A stretch of DNA of 64,000 bases, from positions 25,339 to 89,338 of the forward strand of contig WQYR01000001.1 of the NCBI GenBank assembly GCA_009781145.1, read 5' to 3'. A program made the position numbers and the translations under genes. How positions within the stretch are numbered: the stretch's first letter is position 1; each line of letters begins with the position of its first letter. Origin of the DNA: Propionibacteriaceae bacterium. Its GTDB lineage: Bacteria; Actinomycetota; Actinomycetes; Propionibacteriales; Propionibacteriaceae. Positions 48,867 through 63,554 of the stretch are shown in pieces. The notes beneath the pieces are model-generated. The model was not told the DNA's origin and ran no database searches. It worked only from the letters and a program-made list of their open reading frames with translations.

Positions 48867-50188
48867 CCGACATTCACATGGAAAACCTGGGCAACCCCGA
48901 CGAGTTCGTCGCCGGGGGAGCCGACTGGGAAGATATCGTCACCGCCGCCAGGCAGAGGGCTGACGACACCATCGTCGTCAACATGGGCCCGCAGCATCCG
49001 TCCACGCATGGTGTGCTGCGCCTCGTGCTAGAGCTGGACGGCGAGACCGTCATCGGCGCCCGCCCCGCGATCGGGTTCTTGCACAGCGGCATCGAAAAGA
49101 CCACCGAGTTCCGCAGCTGGACGCAAGCGTGCGTGCTGCTGACGCGCACCAGCTACGTGGCGGGCATGCACAACGAGGCGGTCTATTCGTTGGCCGTCGA
49201 CAAACTGTTGGGCATCACGGCCGAGATGCCGGCCCGGGCCAACGCCTTGCGCGTCCTGATGATGGAGGTCAACCGCATCGCCTCGCACTTGACGGCGGTT
49301 GGTGCCTGTGGCCTCGAACTGGGCGCCACCTCCGTCCAAGAGGTCTGCCTGCGCGAACGCGAAAGAGTGCTGGAATTCACCGAGGCCGTCACTGGTTTGC
49401 GCATGAACAACGCCTACATCCGCCCCGGCGGTGTGGCCGTCGACCTGCCCGTCAACGGCGTCGACCTGATACGCGAACTTGTGAAGCAACTGCGCAAGAA
49501 CCTGCCCGAAGTTGGCCAGTTCACGCTGGAAAACCCCATCTTCAAAGCCCGCCTGCAAGGAGTGGGCTACATGGATCTGACGCAGTGCATGAGCCTGGGA
49601 ATGTCCGGTCCCGTGCTGCGCGCCACCGGCTACCCGTGGGACTTGCGCAAGACGCAACCGTACTGCGACTACGAGACATACGACTTCGACGTGTGCACAG
49701 CCGACACCTGCGATTCGTACGGCCGGTGGGTCATCCGTCTCAACGAGATGGAAGAGTCCGTCAAGATCATCGAGCAATGCGCAGTCAAACTGGAGGCCAC
49801 AGCCGGGCAGCCGTACCGCATTGAGGACGCCCGGCTGGCAGCCACATCGGATCTGTCCGTGGCCGCCGACGGCCAGGGCAACTCCCTGGCCCACGTCAAA
49901 CACATCATGGGCGACTCGATGGAAGGCCTGATTCACCACTTCAAGCGCAACACCCAAGGTTTCACAGTGCCACCTGGCCAGGTGTATCAGGCGATCGAGG
50001 CTCCGCCAGGCGAGTTGGGTTGTCACGTCGTCTCCGACGGTGGGGCACGTCCGTACCGCGTACACATGCGCGACCCAGGGTTCAATGCCTTGCAGGCCGT
50101 GCCGATGGTCTGCGAGGGTGGCATGTTGTCGGACGCCGTCGTGGCTCTGGGCAGCCTGGATACCGTGATGGGAGGTGTCGACCGATGA
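48863..50188 (+). CDS. nuoD: NADH-quinone oxidoreductase subunit D
   Basis: NMGPQHPSTHGVLRL. The ATG at 48863 overlaps the nuoC stop. The ORF-track N-terminus lies inside nuoC. Confidence 0.96.
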   Translation: MTDIHMENLGNPDEFVAGGADWEDIVTAARQRADDTIVVNMGPQHPSTHGVLRLVLELDGETVIGARPAIGFLHSGIEKTTEFRSWTQACVLLTRTSYVAGMHNEAVYSLAVDKLLGITAEMPARANALRVLMMEVNRIASHLTAVGACGLELGATSVQEVCLRERERVLEFTEAVTGLRMNNAYIRPGGVAVDLPVNGVDLIRELVKQLRKNLPEVGQFTLENPIFKARLQGVGYMDLTQCMSLGMSGPVLRATGYPWDLRKTQPYCDYETYDFDVCTADTCDSYGRWVIRLNEMEESVKIIEQCAVKLEATAGQPYRIEDARLAATSDLSVAADGQGNSLAHVKHIMGDSMEGLIHHFKRNTQGFTVPPGQVYQAIEAPPGELGCHVVSDGGARPYRVHMRDPGFNALQAVPMVCEGGMLSDAVVALGSLDTVMGGVDR

Positions 50189-50960
50189 GTGAACGGGCCT
50201 ATGAAGCCACACCGAAAGAGGTGCTGCCGCACGACTTCGATGAGAAGGGCAGCATCGACTGGACGGACGAGTCGACGGCTATCAACCAGAAGACGATGGA
50301 CGAACTGCGCGAACTGGCCGGCCGTTACCCGCGGCCTCGGTCAGCGCTGATGCCGATGCTGCACCTGGTGCAATCGGTTGATGAGCGGATCAGCCCGGCT
50401 GGTGTTCGGGCCTGTGCCGATATTCTCGGCATCCCCGTCGCCGAGGTTGTGGGTGTCGCCACCTTCTACACGCAGTTCCGTCGTCACCGCGGCGGCCAGC
50501 ATCACGTGGGCGTTTGCCGTACCGCGCTGTGCGCCGTCATGGGCGGCGACGAGATCATGGCGGCCGTCGAACAGCACCTGGGCATCGGCGACGACGAGGT
50601 GACGCCGGACGGCAAGTTCTCGCTCGAATCGGTCGAGTGCAACGCCGCCTGCGACTACGCGCCGGTGATGATGATCGACTGGGAATTCATGGACAACATG
50701 ACCCCAGGCAAAGCAATCGCCGCGCTCGACGACCTGGCAGCGGGCAAGCCCGTCAAGTCAACCCGCGGGCCGGTGCTGCCAGGCTGGGCTGCCAACGAGC
50801 GCATGCTGGCCGGTTTCGACGACGGGTTGGCTGACGATGGCCCGGCCGCCGGAGAGCCATCGCTGGCCGGGTTGAAGATCGCTCGCGCCAGAGGCTGGAA
50901 GGCGCCCGCGGCACCGAAACACAAGGCGGCCGCGCCGTCGGAGGCGAAGGGGGCGGGCGC

Positions 50961-50964
<4 letters not shown>
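50185..50964 (+). CDS. nuoE: NADH-quinone oxidoreductase subunit E
   Basis: 2Fe-2S Cys pattern (C....C...C.AAC). The ATG at 50185 overlaps the nuoD stop. An Ala/Pro-rich C-terminal tail is present. Confidence 0.94.
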
Positions 50965-52288
<1,324 letters not shown>

Positions 52289-52292
<4 letters not shown>

Positions 52293-54553
52293 CAGACGTG
52301 ACGCTTCACATTGACAATGTCGCCGTGACCGTGCCCAAGGGCACCAAGGTGATACGGGCGGCCGAGTCGGTTGGTATCGATATTCCGCGTTTCTGCGACC
52401 ATCCGCTGCTCGACCCGGTGGCGGCTTGCCGTCAGTGCATGGTTGACGTGCCGGACGCCGGCAACGGCCGGGGCATGAAGCCGCAGCCCGCCTGCGCGCT
52501 GGACGCCATGGACAACATGGTCATCAAGACGGCGGTCACATCAGACGTGGCCCGCAACGCCCAAGAGGGCATGCTGGAGTTCCTGCTGATCAACCATCCG
52601 CTCGATTGCCCCATGTGCGACAAGGGCGGCGAATGCCCGCTGCAAAACCAGGCCGTATCAAGCGGCCGGGGTGAATCCCGCTACGGCGGCATCAAGCGCA
52701 CCTACCCGAAGCCCACAAGGCTCACCGACATTCTGCTGCTCGACCGCGAGCGCTGCGTGCTTTGCCAGCGCTGCACGCGCTTCGGCGAACAGATCAGCGG
52801 CGACCAGCTACTGTCGCTCGTCGAGCGGGGTGCCGCCAGCCAGATCGGAACCAACCCGGAAGGTGACCAGGTCAGCTACTTCAGCGGCAACCTGGCCCAG
52901 ATTTGCCCGGTCGGCGCCATCACATCGGCCGACTACCGCTTCCAGTCCCGGCCTTTCGACCTGGTCTCGACCACAACAACATGCGACAACTGCGCCGCCG
53001 GTTGCTCGCTGCGGGTCGATCAGCGTCACGGCGACGTGCGCCGCCGCTTGGCCGCCACGAACATGGACGTCAACGAGGAGTGGAACTGCGACAGGGGACG
53101 GTTCGGTTTCCGCTCGGAGTCCGACGTCTTGACGTCCCCGCTGGTGCGGGTTGACGGCGAACTACAGCCGGCGTCTTGGCCGCAAGCCTTGAGTGCGGCA
53201 GCCACCGGGTTGAAGATCCTTAACTGTCAGGTGGGTGTTATCCCCGGCGGCCGGCTGACCATGGAAAACGCGTTGGCATACGCGCGTTTTGCCAGGGAGG
53301 TCCTAGGAACGGCCAGTATCGACGCCCGGGCCCGTCGCGGGGCCAGCGCCGAGGAGGCCGACTTCCTGCAGCGCCAGGTGCGCGGGGTGGGAGTCACCTA
53401 CGCCGACCTGGAGGCAGCCCGTCAGGTGGTTCTGGTGGCGCTGGAGCCGGAAGACGAATGCCCGATGATCTTCCTGCGGCTGCGCAAGGCCGTTCGAAAG
53501 GCTGGCCTGAGTGTCACGACGCTTGCCCCAGTGGCGTCTACCGGGTCGGCGAAACTCAAGGCAACAGTTGTGCCTACGGCACCAGGTGACGAGGCATCAG
53601 CGCTGGCCAACCTGAAGATGGACGCCAACACCATCGTCCTGGTGGGGGAGCGGGCCGGTGGTCTGCCAGGCATTTTGACGGGTGTTGAGGCGGCCGTCCA
53701 AGCTGCTGGGGCCCGGCTGGCTTGGGTACCGCGTCGTGCAGGCGAACTGGGCGCGCTGGTTGCCGGGTGCCTGCCATCGGGCAAGGGTTTGGCCGTCGAC
53801 GAAATGCTGGCGCAGGCCGCCCAGGGCAAGCTCGGCCTGGTGCTGGGTGGCGTCGATCTGGATGACCTGGCTGACCCGGTTGCGGCCCGTCAGGCCTTGG
53901 TACAGGCGCCTTTCGTGGTCAGTTTGGAAGCCCGCCCGAGCGCTGCCACCGAACTTGCCGACGTGGTGCTGCCGGTTGCACCGCTGGTGCAGCAGGCGGG
54001 CACATTCATGGACTGGACGCTGACCACGCGGCCCGTCGAGCCAGTTTTGAAGCCTCAGCCCATGACCGATCGCCGGGTGTTGGCCGAATTGGCCCGCCGC
54101 CTAGGTGCCGATCTTGGCCTGCCAAGCTTCGCCGCCGCACACGCAGCAGCCGAGCAGCTCGTCGCGGCACGAGGCGGGCTCGCTCGTGTGCCCGGGTCGC
54201 ACCACAAACCCGCGGCGGCGTCCGGTGCTCATGACGGCGCGCTGGTCCTTGCCACATGGCGCACCCTGCTGACGCCAGCTTCCCGGTGTCTCGACGGCGC
54301 CGATGTGACGGCCCGTCCCGCCACCGTCGTCGTCGGTTCGAAAGCGGCGGCACAAGCCAGGCTTACTGCCGGCACCCCGATTGTGGTGCGCGGACCGGGC
54401 GGGGCCGCGCTGACGGCACCCCTGGTTGTCGACCTGTTTGCTGCGGCCGGCGTCGTCTGGGCTCCCGATGCGCCTTGGGCGCCCGGCACCCCGGTCACAC
54501 TGGAACCGGCATCAACTACACCAACATCGGATGGCCAAGGAGGTGAACGATGA
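52289..54553 (+). CDS. nuoG: NADH-quinone oxidoreductase subunit G
   Basis: N-terminal 2Fe-2S and 4Fe-4S Cys clusters (CRQCMV, HPLDCPMCDKGGEC, CVLCQRC), followed by a molybdopterin-like domain. Confidence 0.95.
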
Positions 54554-55893
54554 ACGATCCTTGGTGGCTCGTGGTCATAAAGATTGTCGTCGTCTTCGTC
54601 GGCTTGCTCACCTGGACGATCTTCAACGTCTGGTTTGAGCGTCGCGAACTCGGCAAGATGCAGAACCGTCTCGGCCCAGTCATGAACGGCCCCCTGGGGC
54701 TCGGGCAGGCGGTCGGCGACGGGCTCAAACTGCTGTTCAAGGAAGACTTCCGGCCGGCCAAGACCGACGGCATTGTCTTCAACCTGGCGCCCTACCTGAC
54801 GGCGGTGGCGGCCTTCACCATGTGGACGGTAATACCCATTGGCGGGCAGGTCACCATTTTCGGGCACGTGACGAAACTGCAGATCGCCGATTTCCCTGTT
54901 TCCATGATCTTCGTCATGGCGATTTCGGGTCTGGGCATCTATGGGCTGGTGCTGGCCGGTTGGGCCAGTTCCAGCACCTACTCGCTGTTCGGCTCAATGC
55001 GGGCGACAGCGCAGCTTATCTCTTACGAGATCGCCATGGGCCTGTCGATCGTTGCGGTGGCAATGTACGCCAGCTCGATGTCGATGGGCGACATCGTGGG
55101 TGCGCAGTCGTCGACGATGCACTTCGGCAGCCTCAATGTGCCGCTACCCGGCTGGTATGGGCTGATCCTGTTGCCCAGCTTCATCACCTACGTCATCTCG
55201 ATGTTCGGCGAGACCAACCGTCTGCCCTTCGACCTGGCCGAGTGCGAGTCGGAGTTGCTGAGCGGCCACATCACCGACTATTCGGGCTTCCGCTACGCCA
55301 TCTACTTCCTGGCCGAGTACATCAACGTCGCCACCGTGTGCGCCGTAGCCACCACGCTGTTCCTGGGTGGCTACCGGGCGCCTTGGCCGTTCAATGTGCT
55401 TTGGGGCGGGGCTCTCGACCAGGGTTGGTTCACCGTCATCTGGTTCTTGCTGAAGGTGCAGGTGCTGATCTTCATCGTCGTGTGGGCCAGGGCCGCGCTG
55501 CCCAGGTTCCGCTACGACCACTTCATGTCGCTCGGCTGGAAGGTGCTGATACCGGCCAACCTGGGCTGGATCACCCTGATCGGCGTCTATCACAAGGCAT
55601 TGAACGGGTCGCTGCCAATGTATGTGCTGATCATCACAGCAGTGATAATCGCTGCGATCGTGCTGGCCGCGGTCTGGGCCAGCGATCGGCGCGGGGCGGC
55701 TGAAGAAAAGCGATCCCATACACAGACGGGCTCGACAGGCGATTTCGATGCCTTCGCAGGCGGCTACCCGGTGCCACCGATGCCGGGTGTTCAGTTACCC
55801 GAGTTGGCTGGGCTGGTGCCGGCAGCACTGGAGTACGAGGGCCAGGTGGCCTCCGCTCGCCGCACGGCCGACGAGACGGAAGGGGGCGACTGA
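54550..55893 (+). CDS. nuoH: NADH-quinone oxidoreductase subunit H
   Basis: [14 protein letters not shown] and [16 protein letters not shown] motifs. A long C-terminal tail is present. Confidence 0.96.
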   Translation: MNDPWWLVVIKIVVVFVGLLTWTIFNVWFERRELGKMQNRLGPVMNGPLGLGQAVGDGLKLLFKEDFRPAKTDGIVFNLAPYLTAVAAFTMWTVIPIGGQVTIFGHVTKLQIADFPVSMIFVMAISGLGIYGLVLAGWASSSTYSLFGSMRATAQLISYEIAMGLSIVAVAMYASSMSMGDIVGAQSSTMHFGSLNVPLPGWYGLILLPSFITYVISMFGETNRLPFDLAECESELLSGHITDYSGFRYAIYFLAEYINVATVCAVATTLFLGGYRAPWPFNVLWGGALDQGWFTVIWFLLKVQVLIFIVVWARAALPRFRYDHFMSLGWKVLIPANLGWITLIGVYHKALNGSLPMYVLIITAVIIAAIVLAAVWASDRRGAAEEKRSHTQTGSTGDFDAFAGGYPVPPMPGVQLPELAGLVPAALEYEGQVASARRTADETEGGD

Positions 55894-55894
55894 C

Positions 55895-56446
55895 ATGGGC
55901 GCTTGGTCAGGTTTTTGGATCACGTTCAAGACGATGTTCCGTCCCACCTTCACGCAGGGCTACCCGCAGAAGGGCAAAGAAAAGATCACGGCACCGCGTT
56001 TCCATGGCCGTCATCAACTGAACCGCTGGCCAGACGGGCTCGAGAAGTGTGTGGGGTGCGAATTGTGTGCCTGGGCCTGCCCGTCCGACGCCATCTACGT
56101 TGAGGGTGGCGCCAACACCGACGAGGCCCGCTATTCGCCCGGTGAACGGTACGGGCGCGTCTACCAGATCAACTACCTGCGCTGCGTTTTCTGCGGTTTG
56201 TGCATCGAAGCGTGCCCCACAAGGGCGTTGACGATGACGAACGAGTTCAAGCTGGCGGACCGGACGCGGGAATCGCTGATCTACACGAAGGACGAGTTGC
56301 TGGCGCCGTTGTCGGCCGGCATGACGGCACCACCGCACCCGCGCCTGTTGGGCAGCGAGAAAGACTATTACGCCGGGCTGCCGGACGTCGGCGACGTCGA
56401 CACCCGGGTGCCAGCTTCTTCGGCAGTCATGGGGGGTGAAGCATGA
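55895..56446 (+). CDS. nuoI: NADH-quinone oxidoreductase subunit I
   Basis: Two CxxCxxCxxxCP ferredoxin motifs. The start was moved to the ATG at 55895. Confidence 0.96.
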   Translation: MGAWSGFWITFKTMFRPTFTQGYPQKGKEKITAPRFHGRHQLNRWPDGLEKCVGCELCAWACPSDAIYVEGGANTDEARYSPGERYGRVYQINYLRCVFCGLCIEACPTRALTMTNEFKLADRTRESLIYTKDELLAPLSAGMTAPPHPRLLGSEKDYYAGLPDVGDVDTRVPASSAVMGGEA

Positions 56447-57336
56447 TTGGTATGACCGTCAGCCTGACCGCCATAACGTTCTGGGTGTGTGCCCCGATCA
56501 TGGTGGTGTTGGGCTTCGGTATGGTGCTGGCCCGCAAGGTTGTTCATTCAGCCTTGTGCCTGGCCGGATTGATGGTGGCACTGGGTGTGCTTTACGCCAG
56601 CATCAACGCACCCTTCCTATTCGTCGCCCAGTTGATCGTCTACACCGGCTCGGTGATGATGCTGTTCCTGTTCACCATGATGCTGATTGGCGTAGACACG
56701 GCCGACGAGTTGAAAGAGACCATCAAAGGCCAGCGGGTGTCGGCGATCGTCATCGCGGTGGCCCTGGCCGGGTTACTCGGGTTCACCGTGCTGCACGCCA
56801 TCGTGGGCCAAAGTGGTGGGCTGTCTGTGATCAACAACGCGGCCGGGGGCAATGCCCAAGCCGTTGCCCAGTTGATCTTCGGACGTTACGCGGTGGCCTT
56901 CGAGGCCGCGTCCGCCCTGGTCATCACCGCAGCGCTTGCGGCCATGGTGTTGTCGCACGCCGAACGGTTGACACCGAAAGAACGCCAGCGTGAGCGCGCC
57001 GACCGTCGTGTGCGGCAATTCGCCAGCGACGCGCTTCCGGTGGCGCCCGATCCTGCGCCCGGCGTCTATGCCCGTCACAACGCGGCCACCTATCCGGCCC
57101 TGCTGCCCGACGGCACGGCGGCACCGGGTTCCGTCGCCCCCGCACTGGAGGCGCGCGGACAGGCCGTGCTCGCCGAACCGGCACTGAAGTTGCCGGCCCA
57201 GTCGCTGCACAATCGGTTGGCGGCCCAAGCCACTGAGCTGGACGGGCAACCGCGGCTGATGGCAGACCTGCCAGATGCCGCGCCGGCGCTGACGGCCAAG
57301 GCCGATGACGCCGAAGACCAGGAGGCGGCGAAATGA
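56443..57336 (+). CDS. nuoJ: NADH-quinone oxidoreductase subunit J
   Basis: Five TM segments with a ~120-aa hydrophilic C-terminal extension. Position in the operon supports the call. Confidence 0.9.
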   Translation: MIGMTVSLTAITFWVCAPIMVVLGFGMVLARKVVHSALCLAGLMVALGVLYASINAPFLFVAQLIVYTGSVMMLFLFTMMLIGVDTADELKETIKGQRVSAIVIAVALAGLLGFTVLHAIVGQSGGLSVINNAAGGNAQAVAQLIFGRYAVAFEAASALVITAALAAMVLSHAERLTPKERQRERADRRVRQFASDALPVAPDPAPGVYARHNAATYPALLPDGTAAPGSVAPALEARGQAVLAEPALKLPAQSLHNRLAAQATELDGQPRLMADLPDAAPALTAKADDAEDQEAAK

Positions 57337-57632
57337 ACGAGAACTACTACCTGGTGTTGGCCGCCATACTTTTCGCTATCGGCGTGGCCGGTTTCTTGAC
57401 GCGGCGCAACGCGCTGCTGATCTTCATGTCCATCGAGTTGATGCTCAATGCCGCCAACCTGACCCTGGTGACCTTCGCGGATGCCTTGGGTGACTTGACT
57501 GGCCAAATCATGGCCTTCTTTGTCATGGTGGTTGCGGCGGCCGAGGTGGTTGTCGGCCTTGCCATCATCATCACTATCGCAAGGTCGTTGCACACCGCCA
57601 GCATCGACGCTTCGAGTTGGTTGAGGCGCTGA
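57333..57632 (+). CDS. nuoK: NADH-quinone oxidoreductase subunit K
   Basis: 99 aa, three TM segments, motif [10 protein letters not shown]. Confidence 0.95.
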   Translation: MNENYYLVLAAILFAIGVAGFLTRRNALLIFMSIELMLNAANLTLVTFADALGDLTGQIMAFFVMVVAAAEVVVGLAIIITIARSLHTASIDASSWLRR

Positions 57633-57633
57633 T

Positions 57634-59505
<1,872 letters not shown>

Positions 59506-59506
59506 C

Positions 59507-60979
59507 ATGCCGTGGCTAACAGTAATCGGATTGCTGCCGCTGGTCGGCGCGCTGGTGACGACTCTGGTCAAGGGTCACTCACGGGTGCCGATCGGATTCG
59601 TCTTCGCCGCCGTCACCTTCGGGCTGAGCGCCTGGGCGATCGGTGCGCGCGCTTCGCTGGACGAATCGTACACATGGATACCGCAGATCGGCGCCCACTA
59701 CGCGTTGCGCATGGACGGGCTGAGCGCTCTGCTGGTGATAGTGACCACATTCGTGACGGCCATCGTCATTCTGACCAGGTGGAAGACGCAGCGTTGGTTC
59801 AATTTGCCGCCGCTGGCGCTGGCGCTGGAAAGTGCCGCGTTGTTCACGTACCTGGCCAACGACATCCTCATCTTCTTCATCGCCTTCGAGGTGACGCTGA
59901 TACCGATGTACTTCCTGATCGCCTCGGGTGGCAAACCTAAGCGGTCGGCGGCGGCGCTGAAGTTCCTGTTGTTCTCCTTGGCCGGTGGTTTGGTTCTGCT
60001 GGGCGGTGTCATCTATGTCATGGCAATCGCCCCCTCTGGGCTGTCGTTCAGTGACCTGTCTGGGTTGGCGATGACACCAGGTGCCGAGAAGGTGCTGTTC
60101 CTCGTCTTCTTCGTGGCCTTCGCCTTCAAGTCACCGCTGGTGCCGCTGCACCCCTGGCTGCCCGACGCTGTCGAACAGGCCAGGCCGGCGGCGTCGGTCC
60201 TGTTGGTCGGCGTGCTGGACGGCATCGGTCTTTACGGAATGGTGCGCTTCTGCGTGGGCATCACACCGGGCGGTGCAACTTGGGCGGCCTACGGCATTGA
60301 GATAGCAGCCTTGGTGACAGTGGTCTACGGCGCCTTCGCTGCAATAGCCTCGCGCAGTCTGATGCGCATGGCGGCCTTCACATCGATAAGCCACGCGGGC
60401 TTCATGGTGCTTGGCTTGTTCGCTTTCACCAGCGCCAGCGTGAGCGGCGCCATGACTTATGTGGCGGCGCACGCGCTGAGCGCTACGGCGCTGATTCTGG
60501 CTGCCGGTTGGGCCGTCAAGCGGCGCGGCGACGACCTCACCAAGGGCGCGTTCGGCGGTTTGGCCCGTCGAGCCCCGGTTCTGGCCGGTGTGTTCCTGGT
60601 GTCTGGTTTGGCCACGCTGGCGTTGCCGGGCACGGCCAATTTTGCGGCAGAGCTTTCGATAATCATTGGAGCTTGGGGCCGTCACCCCGTGCTGGTGGCC
60701 GTCGCGCTGCTGGCAGTGCTGGGTGCCGGCGTCTACGTCATGTGGGCATATCAGCGCGTCTTCACCGGTGCCGCGGATGTTGCTGTGGACGAGATGCAAC
60801 CTGAGGGTGCCCCGCAGTTAGGTGATATCCGGCCAACATCACGTTGGGCCGCCGGTTTGGCACTGGTTGGGGTGATCGCCTTCGGCGTGTTCCCGGGTGC
60901 TATCCAGAACCTGGTGTCCGACACCGCTACGCAAACAATGTCGGTGGCCCAGATGAGCGATCCTGAGGGAGGTCGGTGA
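59507..60979 (+). CDS. nuoM: NADH-quinone oxidoreductase subunit M
   Basis: Antiporter-like subunit. Motif FAFKSPLVPLHPWLPDA. Confidence 0.95.
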   Translation: MPWLTVIGLLPLVGALVTTLVKGHSRVPIGFVFAAVTFGLSAWAIGARASLDESYTWIPQIGAHYALRMDGLSALLVIVTTFVTAIVILTRWKTQRWFNLPPLALALESAALFTYLANDILIFFIAFEVTLIPMYFLIASGGKPKRSAAALKFLLFSLAGGLVLLGGVIYVMAIAPSGLSFSDLSGLAMTPGAEKVLFLVFFVAFAFKSPLVPLHPWLPDAVEQARPAASVLLVGVLDGIGLYGMVRFCVGITPGGATWAAYGIEIAALVTVVYGAFAAIASRSLMRMAAFTSISHAGFMVLGLFAFTSASVSGAMTYVAAHALSATALILAAGWAVKRRGDDLTKGAFGGLARRAPVLAGVFLVSGLATLALPGTANFAAELSIIIGAWGRHPVLVAVALLAVLGAGVYVMWAYQRVFTGAADVAVDEMQPEGAPQLGDIRPTSRWAAGLALVGVIAFGVFPGAIQNLVSDTATQTMSVAQMSDPEGGR

Positions 60980-60980
60980 C

Positions 60981-62552
60981 ATGGCATACATAGCCCTATT
61001 GCCCCTGCTGGTAGTTGCCCTCGGCGCTCTGGTTGGCGTGCTGCTGGAGGCGCTGGTGCCGCGTCGGCACCGCTTCGTCACCCAGGCATGGTTCACGGCC
61101 GCCATCGTCGTGGTGGCGCTGGTGCGCGTCATCATCAACTGGAAGACGCCGTCTTCTCGCGTGTTGGCCGGTAATCTGTCGGTCAGCCTCGATAACGCCA
61201 CCTTGATCGTCTGGGCCGGGCTTTTGCTGTTCGCGCTCGGTTCCGTCGTCTTGGCGGCGCAACGTTTCGGCGGGGTCTCGTCGTTCACGCCAATGGCGGT
61301 CGCGGCCCCAGGGTCGTCCGACGAGCAGACCGCTGAGGCCGAGGGTGTTGAGCACACCGAGATATTCCCGCTGATGCTGTTCTCGTTGACCGGCATGCTG
61401 CTGTTTCCGGCGGCAACTGATCTGCTGACGGCTTTCATCGGCCTGGAGGTTCTGTCGCTGCCGCTTTATCTGATGACAGCACTGGCCCGGCGTCGTCGCC
61501 TGTTAAGCCACGAGGCGGCTTTGAAGTACTTCCTGCTCGGCGCCTTCAGTTCGGCTATCTTCTTGTACGGCGCGGCGTTGACCTACGGTTTCGCCGGTGG
61601 CGCGGACTATTCGGCCATCGACCGGGCTATCAGCCTTGGTCTGGCGCGTCAACCGTTGCTTCTGGCGGGCTTTGCGCTGCTGATGGTGGGCCTGCTGTTC
61701 AAGGTTGGTGCGGTGCCATTCCACGCCTGGGTGCCAGACGTGTATACCGGGGCGCCCACGCCGCTGACGGCCTACATGGCGGTCGGCACCAAGGTCGCGG
61801 CCTTTGGCGCGCTGATCCGCGTGCTCTACGTGGCGTTCGGTGGCCTTTCATGGACGTGGGCGGTGCCGCTGGGCATTGTGGCGGTGCTGACAATGGGTTT
61901 GGGCGCCATCTTCGGCTTGACGCAAACCAACATCAAACGCCTGATGGCATACTCGTCAATCGCCCATGCCGGCTTCGTCCTGGTGCCGATTGCGGCGGCC
62001 TTGGCGGTCACCACGGTTGGGGCGTTGAGCTCGATGACTGCCGCCGTGTACTACCTGGCTTCTTACGGGCTGGCCACTTTGGGTGCTTTTGCCGTCATCA
62101 TGCTGGTGCGGGACGGCACCGGCGAGGCGCCAGACCTGGCGTCGTGGGCAGGGCTGGGCCGTCGTCACCCCTGGGTGTCTGCCGCGATGACACTGTTCCT
62201 TTGCTCATTGGCCGGCATCCCGGCGACTGCCGGTTTCATCGGCAAGCTGGACGCCTTCGTCGTCGCTTGGCGCGGGGGCCTGGCCTGGCTGGTGATCCTT
62301 GGGCTGGCGTTCTCGCTTGTGGCCTTGGGCTTCTACATGCGCATCGTGCTGGTGATCTGGTTCGGCAAGCCGTCCATCGAACGGGCGGCGTCAGACTCCG
62401 CAGACACCCCCGATCAGCCGGCGGATATCGTCAAGGTGCCGGTGTCGCTTGGCATCCTGATGGCGCTGTGCGCGGTGGCCACACTGATCGGTGGGCTGGT
62501 ACCCAATTACTTCACCCACTTCGCGAGCTTGGCGGGGCAAATGCTCCGGTAA
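60981..62552 (+). CDS. nuoN: NADH-quinone oxidoreductase subunit N
   Basis: Antiporter-like subunit. Motif FKVGAVPFHAWVPDVYTGAPTP. Confidence 0.95.
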   Translation: MAYIALLPLLVVALGALVGVLLEALVPRRHRFVTQAWFTAAIVVVALVRVIINWKTPSSRVLAGNLSVSLDNATLIVWAGLLLFALGSVVLAAQRFGGVSSFTPMAVAAPGSSDEQTAEAEGVEHTEIFPLMLFSLTGMLLFPAATDLLTAFIGLEVLSLPLYLMTALARRRRLLSHEAALKYFLLGAFSSAIFLYGAALTYGFAGGADYSAIDRAISLGLARQPLLLAGFALLMVGLLFKVGAVPFHAWVPDVYTGAPTPLTAYMAVGTKVAAFGALIRVLYVAFGGLSWTWAVPLGIVAVLTMGLGAIFGLTQTNIKRLMAYSSIAHAGFVLVPIAAALAVTTVGALSSMTAAVYYLASYGLATLGAFAVIMLVRDGTGEAPDLASWAGLGRRHPWVSAAMTLFLCSLAGIPATAGFIGKLDAFVVAWRGGLAWLVILGLAFSLVALGFYMRIVLVIWFGKPSIERAASDSADTPDQPADIVKVPVSLGILMALCAVATLIGGLVPNYFTHFASLAGQMLR

Positions 62553-62573
62553 CATAGGGGGGTATCAACAACG

Positions 62574-63554
62574 ATGCCCTTGCTAGACAGGAGACGGCCG
62601 ATGGCCGGTGATACGACTGGTGACACCTCGGCGTGGCTTGCCCGCGTCGAATCGAAGCTGGCTGCCATAACGCAGGCCGACAGCCCGTTCGTCACCGATG
62701 CGTCGCATCACATCTTGATTGCCGGTGGCAAACGGCTGCGCCCGCTGCTGGTGGATCTGACATCGCAGATCGGTGATGGGCCGGTTGATCAAGACAACCT
62801 AGATTCGGCCGCGCTGGTGGTGGAGCTGACCCACGTCGCCAGCCTGTATCACGACGACGTGATGGATGAGGCGGTGCTGCGTCGCGGCGTCGAATCGGCG
62901 AATCTTCGCTATGGCAATACCGTCGCGATCTTGACCGGCGACTATCTTTTCGCGCGGGCATCCTGGTTGGTTGCGACCCTGGGCACCGAGTTTGTGGCGC
63001 TGCAGGCCGAAACATTCGCCCGGATGGTCCAAGGCCAGATCGCCGAGTTCAAGGGCCCCGCCACCGGCGAGGACGAGATGGATCACTACCTCAAGGTGTT
63101 GTCGGACAAGACGGCGGCGTTGATCTCGACGTCAGCAATGTTCGGTGGCATGGTCGCCAACCTGGACGCGCCGGTGTTGGCCGCGTTGGGACGGTTCGGC
63201 GAGGCCATGGGCATGGCCTTCCAGCTTCACGATGACGTGATCGACATTACCTCGGATGCGTCCGGCAAGAGCCCCGGCACCGACCTGCGCCAGGGGGTGA
63301 CGACGCTGCCCATCCTGCTGCTGAGACGCTCGGAGGACCCGGCCGACAAGCAACTGTTGGCCAGCCTTGGCCCCGGGATGACCGACGAACAGGTCGCCGA
63401 GACGGTGGCCGTGCTGCGTGCCCACCCCGTGCTGGACCAGGCGCGCGAAGTGGTGGCCGGCTATGCCCGTCAAGCCGATGCTGAGCTTGACATCCTGCCG
63501 CAGTGTGCCGCCAAAGACGCCCTGCTGGCGTTGACCGCCGAGATGACAAACTGA
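62574..63554 (+). CDS. Polyprenyl diphosphate synthase (menaquinone side-chain type)
   Basis: First DDxxD in LYHDDVMDE and second in FQLHDDVIDI. GKRLRP motif. Confidence 0.9.
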   Translation: MPLLDRRRPMAGDTTGDTSAWLARVESKLAAITQADSPFVTDASHHILIAGGKRLRPLLVDLTSQIGDGPVDQDNLDSAALVVELTHVASLYHDDVMDEAVLRRGVESANLRYGNTVAILTGDYLFARASWLVATLGTEFVALQAETFARMVQGQIAEFKGPATGEDEMDHYLKVLSDKTAALISTSAMFGGMVANLDAPVLAALGRFGEAMGMAFQLHDDVIDITSDASGKSPGTDLRQGVTTLPILLLRRSEDPADKQLLASLGPGMTDEQVAETVAVLRAHPVLDQAREVVAGYARQADAELDILPQCAAKDALLALTAEMTN